In this document: positions 44,430-54,531 of the stretch, in pieces | How positions within the stretch are numbered: position 1 is the stretch's first letter | How the letters are laid out: every line of letters begins with the position of its first letter | Origin: an uncultured delta proteobacterium | GTDB taxonomy: Bacteria; Desulfobacterota; WTBG01; CAIYCZ01; CAIRTM01 | Direction of reading: 5' to 3' | Length of the DNA stretch: 64,000 nucleotides | Assembly: GCA_963804955.1 (NCBI GenBank) | Contig: CAWDSQ010000011.1 | Span: 94,399 to 158,398 of the forward strand | Position numbers and translations under genes: made by a program | Notes under the pieces: generated by a model | Databases searched by the model: none | What the model was told of the DNA's origin: nothing | Seen by the model: only the letters and a program-made list of their open reading frames with translations

Positions 44430-45861
44430 TCAGGCCTCGGCGCCCGGCAGATAGATTTTAAAAATAGCGCCTCCTCCGGGTGCTTCTGCGATGGATATGC
44501 CGCCCTGATGGCTTTCAATAAACTTTTTTACAATTGCAAGGCCAAGGCCCGTGCCCTGCGTTTTGGTGGTGAAAAAAGGCTCGAACACCTTCTCGCGTAT
44601 TTCGAACGGTATGCCCGGCCCGCTGTCCTGGACCTGCAGGGTGACCAGGCCTTCATGGCAGTCGGTCCGGATGGTGATGGTGCCGTCGTGCTCCATGGCC
44701 TGCTGGGCATTGTTGGCCAGGTTCAGCAGCACCTGGTATATCTGGTCTTCATCGATTTCGGTCTGCGTCCGGGCGCACAGGTCCAGCTGCAGCCGAATGT
44801 TTTTCTGTGCTTCGTCGGGCACGCTGAAATGGCCGGCAAGCTTGCGGACAACATCGTTGACATCGCACAGCTGCTTTCTGCGGCGGGGCAGGGCGGGCGA
44901 AGGCCAGAAAATCATCGATAATTTTATTGAGCCTCCGAACCTCGTCCTGAATATAGCCGGTCATGGTTTCGTTCAGCTGGGGCGCGGTTGACGGTTTGGC
45001 TATGATATCGACGGCGCCCTTGATGATGCCCAGCGGATTTTTCAGCTCATGTGCGATGATGGTTGAAAATTTGCCGATTTCGGCCATCCTGTCCCGGTGC
45101 GCAAGGGCCCGGTAGGTGTCCTCAAGCTCGTCGCGCTTGGAGATGAGCGACTGGGCCATGAGGTTAAACGATTCTGTCAGCTGACCGAGTTCATCGGTTC
45201 CCGATACTGAGAGCCGCTCTTCCCAGTTGCCGCGGGCTATCGAGTAGGTGGCCTGCGCAAGCCGCTGAACGGGCAGAATCAGCGTGCGCGAGAAATAGAG
45301 AGCTGCAACTCCGCCGATAAAGGCCGCAATGGTTGCCGATATGAATATCCACCACCGCATGCGGTTCAGGGCGCTGATGATGCTGTCGCGCGAAAAAAGG
45401 ACTTCGATTTTGCCTATGGCGCGGTCCTTGCCCCTGCCGTCACCGCCCTCTGCACCCTGCCGGGAATACAGCTTCATCTCATCGGCCATCGCATCGCCCG
45501 TGTCGGCGGAGAAGTACACCTGATAGACAACAAGCTCCTTCTGCCAGGGGAAAAGCCTGCGGGCCTTGCTGAGCGACACCAGTGCTTTGCCGGATTCATT
45601 ATAAATGCTCACGCTTTGCACCGATGCCTCTTTCATGAGGTTCTGCGCCAGCGAGGTAAGGGCCGACTGGTTTTCGATGAAAAGGGGCACCTCAATATTG
45701 AGCGCCAGATTTTTCACGAGCGATTCTGCGGTATTTCTGAATTCCTGCAGCAGGGCCTTGCGCGACTGGAAGATGAAGACCGCGCTGAACACGAGCGATA
45801 TGAACACGACGATGAATACCGTATAGCAGATGAATTTGAGATTGAGCCCCCATTTCATCAT
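44430..45861 (-). CDS. HAMP-domain sensor histidine kinase (frameshift near 44905)
   Basis: Two TM segments, [30 protein letters not shown] and GTGLGL. Confidence 0.93.
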
Positions 45862-46775
45862 TTGATCACCTCATCGGCCTGCTGGATGGAGGCGGGGGCA
45901 AGCCGCACGCCAAGTTTTTCAGCGGTTTTCGCATCGATGCTTATTTTTATTTTTGCCGGCGGGGCAAAGACCGCGGTTTCCTGGCTGCCGCCCGCAAGAA
46001 AGGTTTGGGCAAGGGCCGCCACCTGCTGCCCCACGCCCTTGTAGTCAACGGCAAAAGCAAGCACGGCGCCGTTTTTGGCAAACCAGCTGTTGTACCCCAC
46101 GACGGGTATTTTTCTGCGCAGCGCCTCTTTGATGATGTATTCGACGATTTTGGTCGATCCCAGCAGTTCGTCGGGAATGATCAGCAGCGCGTCAACGGCG
46201 AAGTCTTTGGATTCAAGGGTGGTTGATATCTGGCCTGCCGAGGTCACGGGAAAGGGCATGAGCGTGAGGGCGTTTTTTTTTGCTTCAGCCGCAAGGGTGT
46301 CAATCGCGGCCTGATTTGCCTCGCGGGTGTAAAAAACTCCGATGCGAGCGCGGCCCGGCAATGTGTCCCGTATCTTTTGCATCTGGAAGGCCGGGGAGAT
46401 ATTGAGGCTCACGCCGGGGAATGCTTCGGCCTGTCCGAAAAGCTTTTCCGGATTCAGTATCATGCAGAACAGGCGCTTCGGTGAACCTTTCTCCTTTGTC
46501 ATCGCAAAAGCGGCCTGCGGTCCGACAGCTATCATCAGCCGGGGGTTTTTGTCCTTAATCTCTTTAACGGCTTCAAGGGCCTCCTCAGTATCCTCAGGTA
46601 GAACAGTTGTTTGAAGTGCATATGCCGAAAGCGCTTCTTTGATGCCGTCTATGCATGCAGTGTAGGGGATTATGTCGCTTGAGGAGACAATGGCCACATC
46701 GGCTGCAAACACCCGCAGAGGGAGCATGCACAGCATGGCCGCCAGTAGAAGCGATCTGGTTGCTCGACGGGACAT
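45858..46775 (-). CDS. ABC-type substrate-binding protein (ABC_sub_bind-like)
   Basis: Signal peptide; GVSLNI, IPVVG..GAV and INxKTAxKLG-like tail. Confidence 0.8.
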   Translation of the reverse strand: MSRRATRSLLLAAMLCMLPLRVFAADVAIVSSSDIIPYTACIDGIKEALSAYALQTTVLPEDTEEALEAVKEIKDKNPRLMIAVGPQAAFAMTKEKGSPKRLFCMILNPEKLFGQAEAFPGVSLNISPAFQMQKIRDTLPGRARIGVFYTREANQAAIDTLAAEAKKNALTLMPFPVTSAGQISTTLESKDFAVDALLIIPDELLGSTKIVEYIIKEALRRKIPVVGYNSWFAKNGAVLAFAVDYKGVGQQVAALAQTFLAGGSQETAVFAPPAKIKISIDAKTAEKLGVRLAPASIQQADEVIK

Positions 46776-46924
46776 AGTTCCTGGCTGTGAGTTAAGGTGA
46801 TTTTTTTGATTGCCTTTGCTGCTGCAAACGGCTAAATCGTTGAAAACTGTTGAATATGTGATGGTTCATAACACTTTCCCCTGTAAAATGGAAGGGTGAA
46901 GTAGGGCGATTGAAGAATCGTGAA

Positions 46925-47030
46925 TTAGAAGTCAGAAGTCAGAATAGATCCAGAAGACGGAAGACGAGAGCCGAAAATCAGAAGCCAGAAGGCAAGAGCC
47001 GGGGGTTAGGGAACAGGGTTCGGGGGTTAA
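46925..47030. repeat. Degenerate heptamer tandem repeats (AGAAGTC-type)
   Basis: agaagtc agaagtc...; similar tracts at 8150-8177, 27611-27641 and 53997-54200. Confidence 0.55.
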
Positions 47031-47120
47031 CAGGGTAGGGGCGCAGGTGCCTGCGCGCCCAAAAAAGAAAACAGAAGTGTCAAATGAAAAATCAGATGCC
47101 GCGAATTTTTAAAAAAATTA

Positions 47121-47813
47121 TTGAGGGCTATACGCAGACTGCTGCTGCTTTTCCTGATCGTTTCAATCGGAGGGGTGCTGCTGCTGCGGTTTGTTGATCC
47201 GCCCTGCACGCCCCTGATGCTCTGGCGCTGGGCGGCGGGCGAGGGTATGCGCCATGAATGGCGCGATTTGAAGGACCTGTCGCCGGCGCTGCAGCAGGCC
47301 GTGATGGCGGCCGAGGACCAGCAGTTTCCCGACCATTTCGGGTTTGACTGGGACCAGATCGACCGGGCCATGAAGGAGAACCTTAAGCGAAAGCGGCCCC
47401 GGGGGGCCAGCACCATAACCATGCAGACGTCGCGCAACCTGTTTCTGTGGCAGGGTGGCGGCCTTGTGCGCAAGGGGATCGAGGCATACTTCACGCTGAT
47501 GCTGGAGCTTTTCTGGCCCAAGGCGCGCATCATGGAGGTATATTTGAATATCGCCGAATGGGGCAGCGGCGTTTTCGGTGCGGAAGCTGCCAGCCGCGCG
47601 TACTTCAACCGGCCGGCTGCACAACTCACGGCGCAGCAGGCGGCCCTGCTTGCCGCGGTTCTTCCCAACCCGCGCCGCTGGTCGCCGGCAAAACCAAGCC
47701 CCTATGTTGCTCGCCGTGCAGCCGATATCGCCGCTGACATGCACGCCTTTGCACCGTTTAAGAAAAAAATATATCCGTCTCAAAAAAATAGGGAAAGCAA
47801 TAAAACAAAATAG
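47121..47813 (+). CDS. mtgA: Monofunctional peptidoglycan transglycosylase
   Basis: AEDQQFPDHFGFD, RGASTITMQ, RKGIEA and EVYLNIAEWG motifs. Confidence 0.93.
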   Translation: MRAIRRLLLLFLIVSIGGVLLLRFVDPPCTPLMLWRWAAGEGMRHEWRDLKDLSPALQQAVMAAEDQQFPDHFGFDWDQIDRAMKENLKRKRPRGASTITMQTSRNLFLWQGGGLVRKGIEAYFTLMLELFWPKARIMEVYLNIAEWGSGVFGAEAASRAYFNRPAAQLTAQQAALLAAVLPNPRRWSPAKPSPYVARRAADIAADMHAFAPFKKKIYPSQKNRESNKTK

Positions 47814-48352
47814 ATGCTCTTAATTATCCGGCCAATGTGCAGGGTGATTGATGATAGGTTCGCGAAAGGGATTCAAATCGTCATATCACGGAAGATGCTT
47901 ATTATATGTTTTGCTCCGCTATACCGCGGTCCGATTGTTGATCTGATTTCGATTATGCGTTTGGAAGAAAATCCTAACCATTTCAGGCAAACCATGTCGT
48001 TTCTCCGTAGTTGGTTTCACCCCCGCTGCAATTCTATCACCCCCGCGACATTTATTTCAGCAGTCCAAAAATCATTCATTGCGCCCCAACCGGCTTGCAA
48101 TATTCTTTCGATGCAACCCTCTCTGCTGGGGTGGATGCGCTGCAATCATATGTAATCTGTTTTTATGCTTTTGTTGAGCCTGTAATAATGCGATAATATG
48201 ATATAAAGAGCCTGTAAGTGCAGATTTTTCAAGGATGCGCCGATCCATGTGCATGCTGCACCGACAAAATACGAACTTATGTGCACAGCCCAACAGCTCT
48301 GCCGGCAGCTTTATGTATGCTTAAAAAAACGCTTATCATAATTACCAATCTG

Positions 48353-48466
48353 GTTGCCCGGGAGCGGATTGAAACCTATATCCGCGAGCGGTCAGATGCG
48401 GAATTCACGCATGGTATTTGCCCTGACTGCGCAAAAAAACTGTACCCGCAGTTTTACAAGGAATAG
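48353..48466 (+). pseudogene. Orphan C-terminal HGICPxC motif fragment of a signalling protein
   Basis: IETYIRERSDAEFTHGICPDCAKKLYP. Confidence 0.55.
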
Positions 48467-48624
48467 GGGGCCGGTTGCAAACCCGCCCCTGCTTGTGATA
48501 AAAAGCGGGGTGCTGCATTGGCGCATGTGCCGCAGCTAACTGCATAAATAAATAGGGCACTGCACACATCAGAGTAATGGCTGAGCGCTCGATACGGCGC
48601 CCAAACGGCTAAAAGGAATCCAGC

Positions 48625-49002
48625 ATGGAAAAAAGCACGGATCAAAGACAGTATATTCGCTATTCGCTCGGGCTTGAGGCAACAGCCGTGGTCGGCAATA
48701 AAGCCCCGATTCAAAGGTGCCTGGTTCATACCATCAGCCACAGCGGCGCCTCCATGAATCTGCTCGTTCAGGAAGAAATCGCCGCCGGACAGAACATCAT
48801 GCTCGGGATCGCGTTTCCGGGAAGAAAGCTTCCCGTCGATGTTATCGTCAAGCTGAAATGGGTTGGCATGATTCAGGATGATGATCAGTTCAACGCTGTG
48901 GCAGGAGGGGTGATTGTATTTGTCAAAGATGAAGACAGGAAAATGCTGCTGGATTATGCCTTCAAGCAGGTCCTGGCGGCGGAAAAAACCCGCAAGCGGT
49001 AA
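48625..49002 (+). CDS. PilZ domain protein
   Basis: RQYIR (RxxxR), TISHSGA and LKWV. Confidence 0.7.
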   Translation: MEKSTDQRQYIRYSLGLEATAVVGNKAPIQRCLVHTISHSGASMNLLVQEEIAAGQNIMLGIAFPGRKLPVDVIVKLKWVGMIQDDDQFNAVAGGVIVFVKDEDRKMLLDYAFKQVLAAEKTRKR

Positions 49003-49063
49003 ACTTTTCTCATCAGAAGCACGCTGCAGGCCGGGCGCGTGCAATAACTGAAAGGCACATACC

Positions 49064-49669
49064 ATGACCATACGGATGCGCATATTTTCCGATTATATAT
49101 GACCCTTCTGCTATATCGGCAAGGGCATTGTCGACGAGCTGAAAAAAGAATTTCCCATCGAGGATGAATGGCTTCCCTTTGAGATTCATCCCGAGACACC
49201 GCCTGAAGGCGTGCTGCTGACCGTGAGCCTTCCCCATATCGACTGGGACGGCATGTACCGCAATCTCCGGAAATCCGGCGAGAGGTTCGGCATACAATTC
49301 GGCACTGTGCAGCTGCTGTCAAACGCGCGCATGTCGCTTGCGGCAGGGGAGTTCGCCCGCGACTGCGGCAGATTCGATTCCTACCACGAGGCAATATTCA
49401 ACAGCTATTTCACGCAGGCCCGCGACATCGGCGACTGGAAGGCTGTGCGGGAGGCTGCTGAGTCCGCAGGGCTTGACACGGCGGAGCTGAAAAAAGCCCT
49501 TGATGACGGCCGCTACCTGCAGCGGCTGTCGGCCGTGACTGAGGCGGCACACCAAAGCGGCATCAACAGCGCACCCACCTTCATCATCAATGAACAATTT
49601 GCCATTGTGGGCGCGCAGCCCCTTGAGACATTCCGGGACGCGCTTGTGCGGGTCATCAGCAAGGGCTAA
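49064..49669 (+). CDS. DsbA/FrnE-family thiol oxidoreductase, selenoprotein (UPFC)
   Basis: MTIRMRIFSDYI-TGA-PFCYIG...FEIHPETP is in frame with ORF 49211-49669 (GINSAPTFII, GAQP). Confidence 0.85.
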
Positions 49670-49696
49670 AGCCTTTTTCTGTCATTTTGATCTCCG

Positions 49697-49724
49697 AGTA
49701 GGGGCTCAAAATTTTGAGCCCCTA
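49697..49724. repeat. REP-like perfect palindrome
   Basis: GTAGGGGCTCAAAATTTTGAGCCCCTAC. Confidence 0.75.
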
Positions 49725-49878
49725 CGAAAAGCCCCTACGAAAAGCTTAGGTTGTCTTCCCGGGAGGCGCTCATACCCCCACCGTGCTTCCATATAATCTG
49801 TTTGGCGACGAGCTGCGAGACGGGCTGGATTTAAAGCTGAAGCTGTAACGGAAGAGAGGCGAAGTGTGAAACGGCGGG

Positions 49879-50070
49879 TTATCGTTTCAGCCACGAACGG
49901 GCCTGGGAAAGGGAAGGGGCTTTAAGCCACTGTTCGAGCTCGTGTTCGTCAACAGCTATTGATTCCGGGGCCTGGCCCAGATCACAGCGCTCACTGTTTT
50001 CAAGCCACTCGATTATTTCTCCCAGGGCTTCAAGTTCGTCAAGAAGTTCTCTATCCTTTTGTTTGCTCAT
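49879..50070 (-). CDS. Small acidic hypothetical protein
   Basis: 63-aa ORF with protein-like composition. Confidence 0.4.
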   Translation of the reverse strand: MSKQKDRELLDELEALGEIIEWLENSERCDLGQAPESIAVDEHELEQWLKAPSLSQARSWLKR

Positions 50071-50747
50071 ACTTTGTGCCGTTATCCCTTTAACAAATCA
50101 TGTTGCGAACAGTTAATAGCATCGACATATTCAAGGGAAACTTTATCGAAATCAGTGGCAAAGTCAGTCTGTTAAAATCTATAAAAAAGCTCTTTTTTTT
50201 GCCCGCCTTTACTATCCTGTGGCTGATACTGGAAAAGAACGTCTGTAAATTTCCGGCCTTTTTTTTCAAAAATTTTTGCTGTCGGCCATGAGAAAAAGCC
50301 CGAAACAAAAAACAAGCCCTGGCGGGGAGCGCATACAGACGTTTTCCGGAGTTGCATACCGTGTGGCCGGACAGTCAGCCGGCCGGGTCGAACCAATAAG
50401 AGAATCCGGGGGTATATCAAACTGTCAACAAAGGGGCCCTATTCAATTATACACAAAAAATATGCCCATTTCATCCCCCTGTGAAAAAGGGGATACAGGG
50501 GATTTTTTGCGCTGATAACCATCTTTTGCAAGGGATTTCGCCAGCTGGGTGTCTACGGGTTTGTGAAGACCGTCATGGCCTGAAGCCCCGGTCGGCGGGT
50601 ATGCCTGTCGTAAACGGGGGGGGGCCGAAAGGTGATAATGAATGGCGTCGGTGAAGGCCAGCGGGCAGGCATGCGTCCTGGCCGAAAACGCACCGGCGGT
50701 GCAGGCTTCGCCTGCACTCACCGGCATGGAGCACGAGGCGTTCCGCC

Positions 50748-52385
50748 TCAGGATTTTGATGCGGACTTCTTGCGGGAAAAAATGCCCTTGATCAGGCTGA
50801 CAAGCTTTGCGCCCTTTTTCTTTTTCGGAGCGGATTCTTCGCCGTAATATTCCACCACCTTGCCTGTCGAAGCTTCTGGTGATTTTGTGCGGTTGGTGGG
50901 ACGGCGCCTGCGCGGTTTCTTTTTCTTGAGCGCATCTCCTTCAGCAGCAGCCGTGATGCCGGATGGCTGTTGCGCAGGTGCCCGTTCGGGCTTTATAGGC
51001 CTGGCAGCAGCGGCTCTTTCGCCTGCTGCCGCAGGCTTGCCTGCCTGAGCCGCGGGCCTCCGGGAGGGCGGCGCTTTCTCAGCCGGCGCGGACCTCTCGG
51101 CATGTCTGGGCCTTGGGGATGGTCCGCCCCTGCCGGCGCCTCTGCCTCCTCTGTCGCTGGTCCGGCCGCCTCTATCGGCGCTCCGGCCGCCCCTGCTGTC
51201 ACCGCCGGGCCGTCGCCTGTCGTCGTGAAAGCGTATGCCGGCCGATGAATCCTCGATAAAATCATCATCTGTGGCAAAGGCTACGGGGATTTTCACATTA
51301 ATGAGAGCTTCAATTGCCTCAAGACCGTAGACATAGCGCTCGCAGACTATGGTAATGGCTTTGCCCGACTTGCCCGCCCGCGCCGTACGGCCGATCCGGT
51401 GCACATATGCCTCGGGATCTTCCGGCAAATCATAATTCACCACCAGGTCAAGGTCATTGATGTGCAGGCCGCGGGCTGCTACATCTGTGGCCACCAGGAT
51501 ATGCAATTGTCCTGATTTCATGGCATTAATGATGCTGAGACGCTTGCTCTGGGGCAGGTCGCCGACGATGTACTCGCAGGTGAAACCGTTGTGCGCAAGC
51601 CGCTTTGCCACCTCTGCGGCCCTGCTTTTCATATTGGTGAATATAAGCGCGCTGCCCGGGTTTTCCTTCTTGAGAATGCCCAGCAGCAGCTTCATCTTCT
51701 CGTCCCTGTCGACATGGTACAGCATCTGGGTGACCGTCTGGACAGTGACCTGCTCGGGGGCCACCTCGACCTCGGCAGGGTCGGTCATATACTCGGCGGC
51801 AAGATCGCGCACTTTGCCCGAAAGGGTTGCGCTGTACAGCATGGTCTGCCGGCTGCCCGTAGGGGGCAGCTTTTTAATCATGCGCCGCAGGTCGGGAAGA
51901 AAGCCCATGTCAAACAGGCGGTCAGCCTCGTCGATAACAAGGATGCCTATATCGTCAAATCGCAGCTTCCCCGACTGATTGAGGTCGATGAGCCGGCCGG
52001 GCGTTCCAATAATCACGTCAACGCCTTTGCGAAGCATTTCCTCCTGGCGGTGGTAGCCGACGCCGCCGTAAAAGCAGCCGGTAGAAAAGGGCAGATGCGC
52101 GCCCAAAAGTTTTGCCTCATCCTCGATCTGTATGGCCAGCTCCCGGGTCGGCGCTATGATGAGGGCCCGCTTGGGAAATTTGAAATGCTCCTGCGTGAAC
52201 AGCTGAAATATGGACACGAGAAATGCCGCTGTCTTGCCCGAGCCGGTCTGCGACTGCACCAGCACATCCCTGCCCTCCAGGGCGTAGACATAGGTTTTTT
52301 CCTGTACGGGCAGGCAGTCGGTAAAATCTGCATCTTTGATGCCCTGTTGAAGTTCTTCCGTAAGATTTAATTCCGTAAATTTCAT
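50748..52385 (-). CDS. DEAD-box RNA helicase (RhlB-like)
   Basis: QTGSGKT, PTRELA, DEAD, SAT and HRIGRTAR motifs; basic tail. Confidence 0.95.
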   Translation of the reverse strand: MKFTELNLTEELQQGIKDADFTDCLPVQEKTYVYALEGRDVLVQSQTGSGKTAAFLVSIFQLFTQEHFKFPKRALIIAPTRELAIQIEDEAKLLGAHLPFSTGCFYGGVGYHRQEEMLRKGVDVIIGTPGRLIDLNQSGKLRFDDIGILVIDEADRLFDMGFLPDLRRMIKKLPPTGSRQTMLYSATLSGKVRDLAAEYMTDPAEVEVAPEQVTVQTVTQMLYHVDRDEKMKLLLGILKKENPGSALIFTNMKSRAAEVAKRLAHNGFTCEYIVGDLPQSKRLSIINAMKSGQLHILVATDVAARGLHINDLDLVVNYDLPEDPEAYVHRIGRTARAGKSGKAITIVCERYVYGLEAIEALINVKIPVAFATDDDFIEDSSAGIRFHDDRRRPGGDSRGGRSADRGGRTSDRGGRGAGRGGPSPRPRHAERSAPAEKAPPSRRPAAQAGKPAAAGERAAAARPIKPERAPAQQPSGITAAAEGDALKKKKPRRRRPTNRTKSPEASTGKVVEYYGEESAPKKKKGAKLVSLIKGIFSRKKSASKS

Positions 52386-52574
52386 AACAAGCCTTTCAAT
52401 TGCTGAACCGTAAAACGTGAAGGATATGCTGCCAGTGTTGAGTAATTGCCATCATACAGGGTTCGGCTGCTATGAGCAAGGCTCTTTTTGGGGCCTGAGC
52501 CTTTTGAGGAATTGCTTTGATGCGGGCGGCAGTCTGTGCTACTCTTTAATCAATTAGAAAAAGGAGATTCTGCC

Positions 52575-53576
52575 GTGCCTGAATTGCGCAAAGACCCCAT
52601 TATAGACCGATGGGTTATCATATCCACTGAACGGTCCAAGCGCCCCTCGGACCTGCTGGTCGAAAAGACCCGCAGCCGGGTCGGATTCTGCCCCTTGTGC
52701 CCCGGCAATGAAGATAAAACCCCGAATGAAGTTTTTGCCGTGCGCGACGGCAATACGCCGCCCGACACGCCCGGCTGGAAGCTGCGGGTCGTGCCCAACA
52801 AATTTCCCGCGCTGGTGACTACGGGCGATCTGAACAAGCGAACCGAAGGCATCTACGACAGAATGAACGGCCTTGGCGCCCATGAGATCATCATCGAAAC
52901 GCCCGACCACTATGCCACCGCCACAACCATGACGGTTGATGACTTCAAAAACATCATGATCGCCTGGCGGCAGCGCATTCTTGCCTACCGGCAGGACAGC
53001 CGCTTCCGCTATACTGCCATATTTAAAAATTACGGCGAAATTGCCGGCGCAACGCTCGAGCATCCCCACTCGCAGCTCATCGCCCTGCCCGTGGTTCCCA
53101 AGCGGGCAGTGGAGGAAATAGAAGGCGCCCAGGCCTATCACGCCCAACGGGATCGCTGCGTTTTTTGCGACATCATCGGCCAGGAACTGGCCGACACGCG
53201 CCGCATTGCCGCCGAGAACGACCGCTTTCTGGCCTTCGAGCCTTTCGCCTCGCGCTTTCCGTTTGAGACCTGCGTTATCCCGAAAATGCATACCGCTTCG
53301 TTCGAGGATGCCGACGAGGCCATGATCGACGCCCTTGCAGATATGATGAATACGATTTTGAAAAAAATCAACGCGGCCCTGAATTCTCCGCCCTACAACT
53401 GCATGCTGCATTCCTCTCCGTTCAATACGGACGTGGGCGCGTTTTACCACTGGCATATAGAGATAACGCCCCGCCTGACGCGTGTCGCGGGCTTTGAATG
53501 GGGAACGGGCTTTTACATCAATCCCACGCCGCCCGAGCAGGCGGCCCAGTATCTGCGCGAAGCGCAGGTAGGCTGA
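52575..53576 (+). CDS. galT: Galactose-1-phosphate uridylyltransferase
   Basis: RSKRP, CPLCPGNE, VPNKFPAL, HPHSQ and HWHIE motifs. Confidence 0.93.
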   Translation: MPELRKDPIIDRWVIISTERSKRPSDLLVEKTRSRVGFCPLCPGNEDKTPNEVFAVRDGNTPPDTPGWKLRVVPNKFPALVTTGDLNKRTEGIYDRMNGLGAHEIIIETPDHYATATTMTVDDFKNIMIAWRQRILAYRQDSRFRYTAIFKNYGEIAGATLEHPHSQLIALPVVPKRAVEEIEGAQAYHAQRDRCVFCDIIGQELADTRRIAAENDRFLAFEPFASRFPFETCVIPKMHTASFEDADEAMIDALADMMNTILKKINAALNSPPYNCMLHSSPFNTDVGAFYHWHIEITPRLTRVAGFEWGTGFYINPTPPEQAAQYLREAQVG

Positions 53577-53609
53577 CCCGGCAGCGCCGGGCAGCACAAG
53601 GAGGATACC

Positions 53610-53963
53610 ATGAAGAAGCTTCTCTTTGCAGACGACGAGGAAAGCATCCGGCTGCTGTACAAGGAAGAATTCGAGGAGCTGGGCTACGAGGTCATTCTCG
53701 CTGCAGACGGCCATGAGGCTCTCGAGTTGTTTTCCCTGCATGCTCCCGACCTTCTGGTCATCGACATCAAGATGCCCGGCATGGACGGCATCGAGCTGCT
53801 CCAGCGCGTGCGCGAGCAGTCGCGCCAGGTGCCGGTCATCCTGTGCACCGCCTATGGCGAGTACAAGCAGAACCTTGAGACCTGGGCATCTGATGAGTAT
53901 GTGGTGAAATCGGCCAATCTCGACGGGCTGATGAAAAAAATTGAAAAGCTGCTGATAAAATAA
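53610..53963 (+). CDS. Single-domain response regulator
   Basis: ADDE, DIKMPGMDG, TA and K motifs. Confidence 0.9.
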   Translation: MKKLLFADDEESIRLLYKEEFEELGYEVILAADGHEALELFSLHAPDLLVIDIKMPGMDGIELLQRVREQSRQVPVILCTAYGEYKQNLETWASDEYVVKSANLDGLMKKIEKLLIK

Positions 53964-54255
53964 TCTTCCCAGGCATATCCGGGGGGCATACTAAGAGAGA
54001 AGTCAGGAGCCAGCAGGTGCGGAAAAAAGTTCGGAGTTCGGAGTTCGGAGCAGGATGATTCAAGATTCCGGATTCATGATTCAAGACACAGTGTGGGGGC
54101 TGGTTGCAAACCTGTTCAGAGTTCGGATTTCGGAGGATTGAAGAGTTAGAAGCTGATGTGCTCTTCTGTGCTGAATTCTGAATACGGAATCCTGTATTCT
54201 TTTCTAAAGGAACATAACCGCACATACCTGCTTCTGAACGAAAAGTCATTTTTTT

Positions 54256-54357
54256 GCAGGTTGGGTTAAGCCCGAAAGAAACCGTTGGGTTTCGTACCTC
54301 AACCCAACCAAAAACAAATGCTTACGAACAAGCACTGTCATAAGGGCGAACCCGACA
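54256..54357 (+). repeat. REPIN/BIME-like element, copy 3 of 3
   Basis: Near-identical to 38785-38895. Confidence 0.8.
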
Positions 54358-54397
54358 TAATGTATGGTTCAGGGTTTTCGTTCAGGCAATAAGTATA

Positions 54398-54476
54398 CTC
54401 AACTTGACTGACTTTTTAAGCGGTGCCAGCCTGCTCAGTGGCACGCCGCTTGCGTCGGGCGGACTAATAAAACCAC
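54398..54476 (-). mobile_element. Partial copy of the 3312-3520 MITE
   Basis: Reverse complement of about 3438-3520. Confidence 0.75.
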
Positions 54477-54531
54477 CTGCGATAATGCTGCATATCTAGA
54501 ATCATAATCTCTTGTGAAAGTGAAAGCTGCA

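Noticed and set aside
47814..48350. Several short ORFs after mtgA
   Set aside because: Overlapping frames with no convincing family signal; probably decayed sequence.
50290..50740. Possible structured ncRNA (6S RNA or riboswitch) downstream of the helicase
   Set aside because: Only scattered hairpins and no consensus motif I can support; a cmscan would decide.
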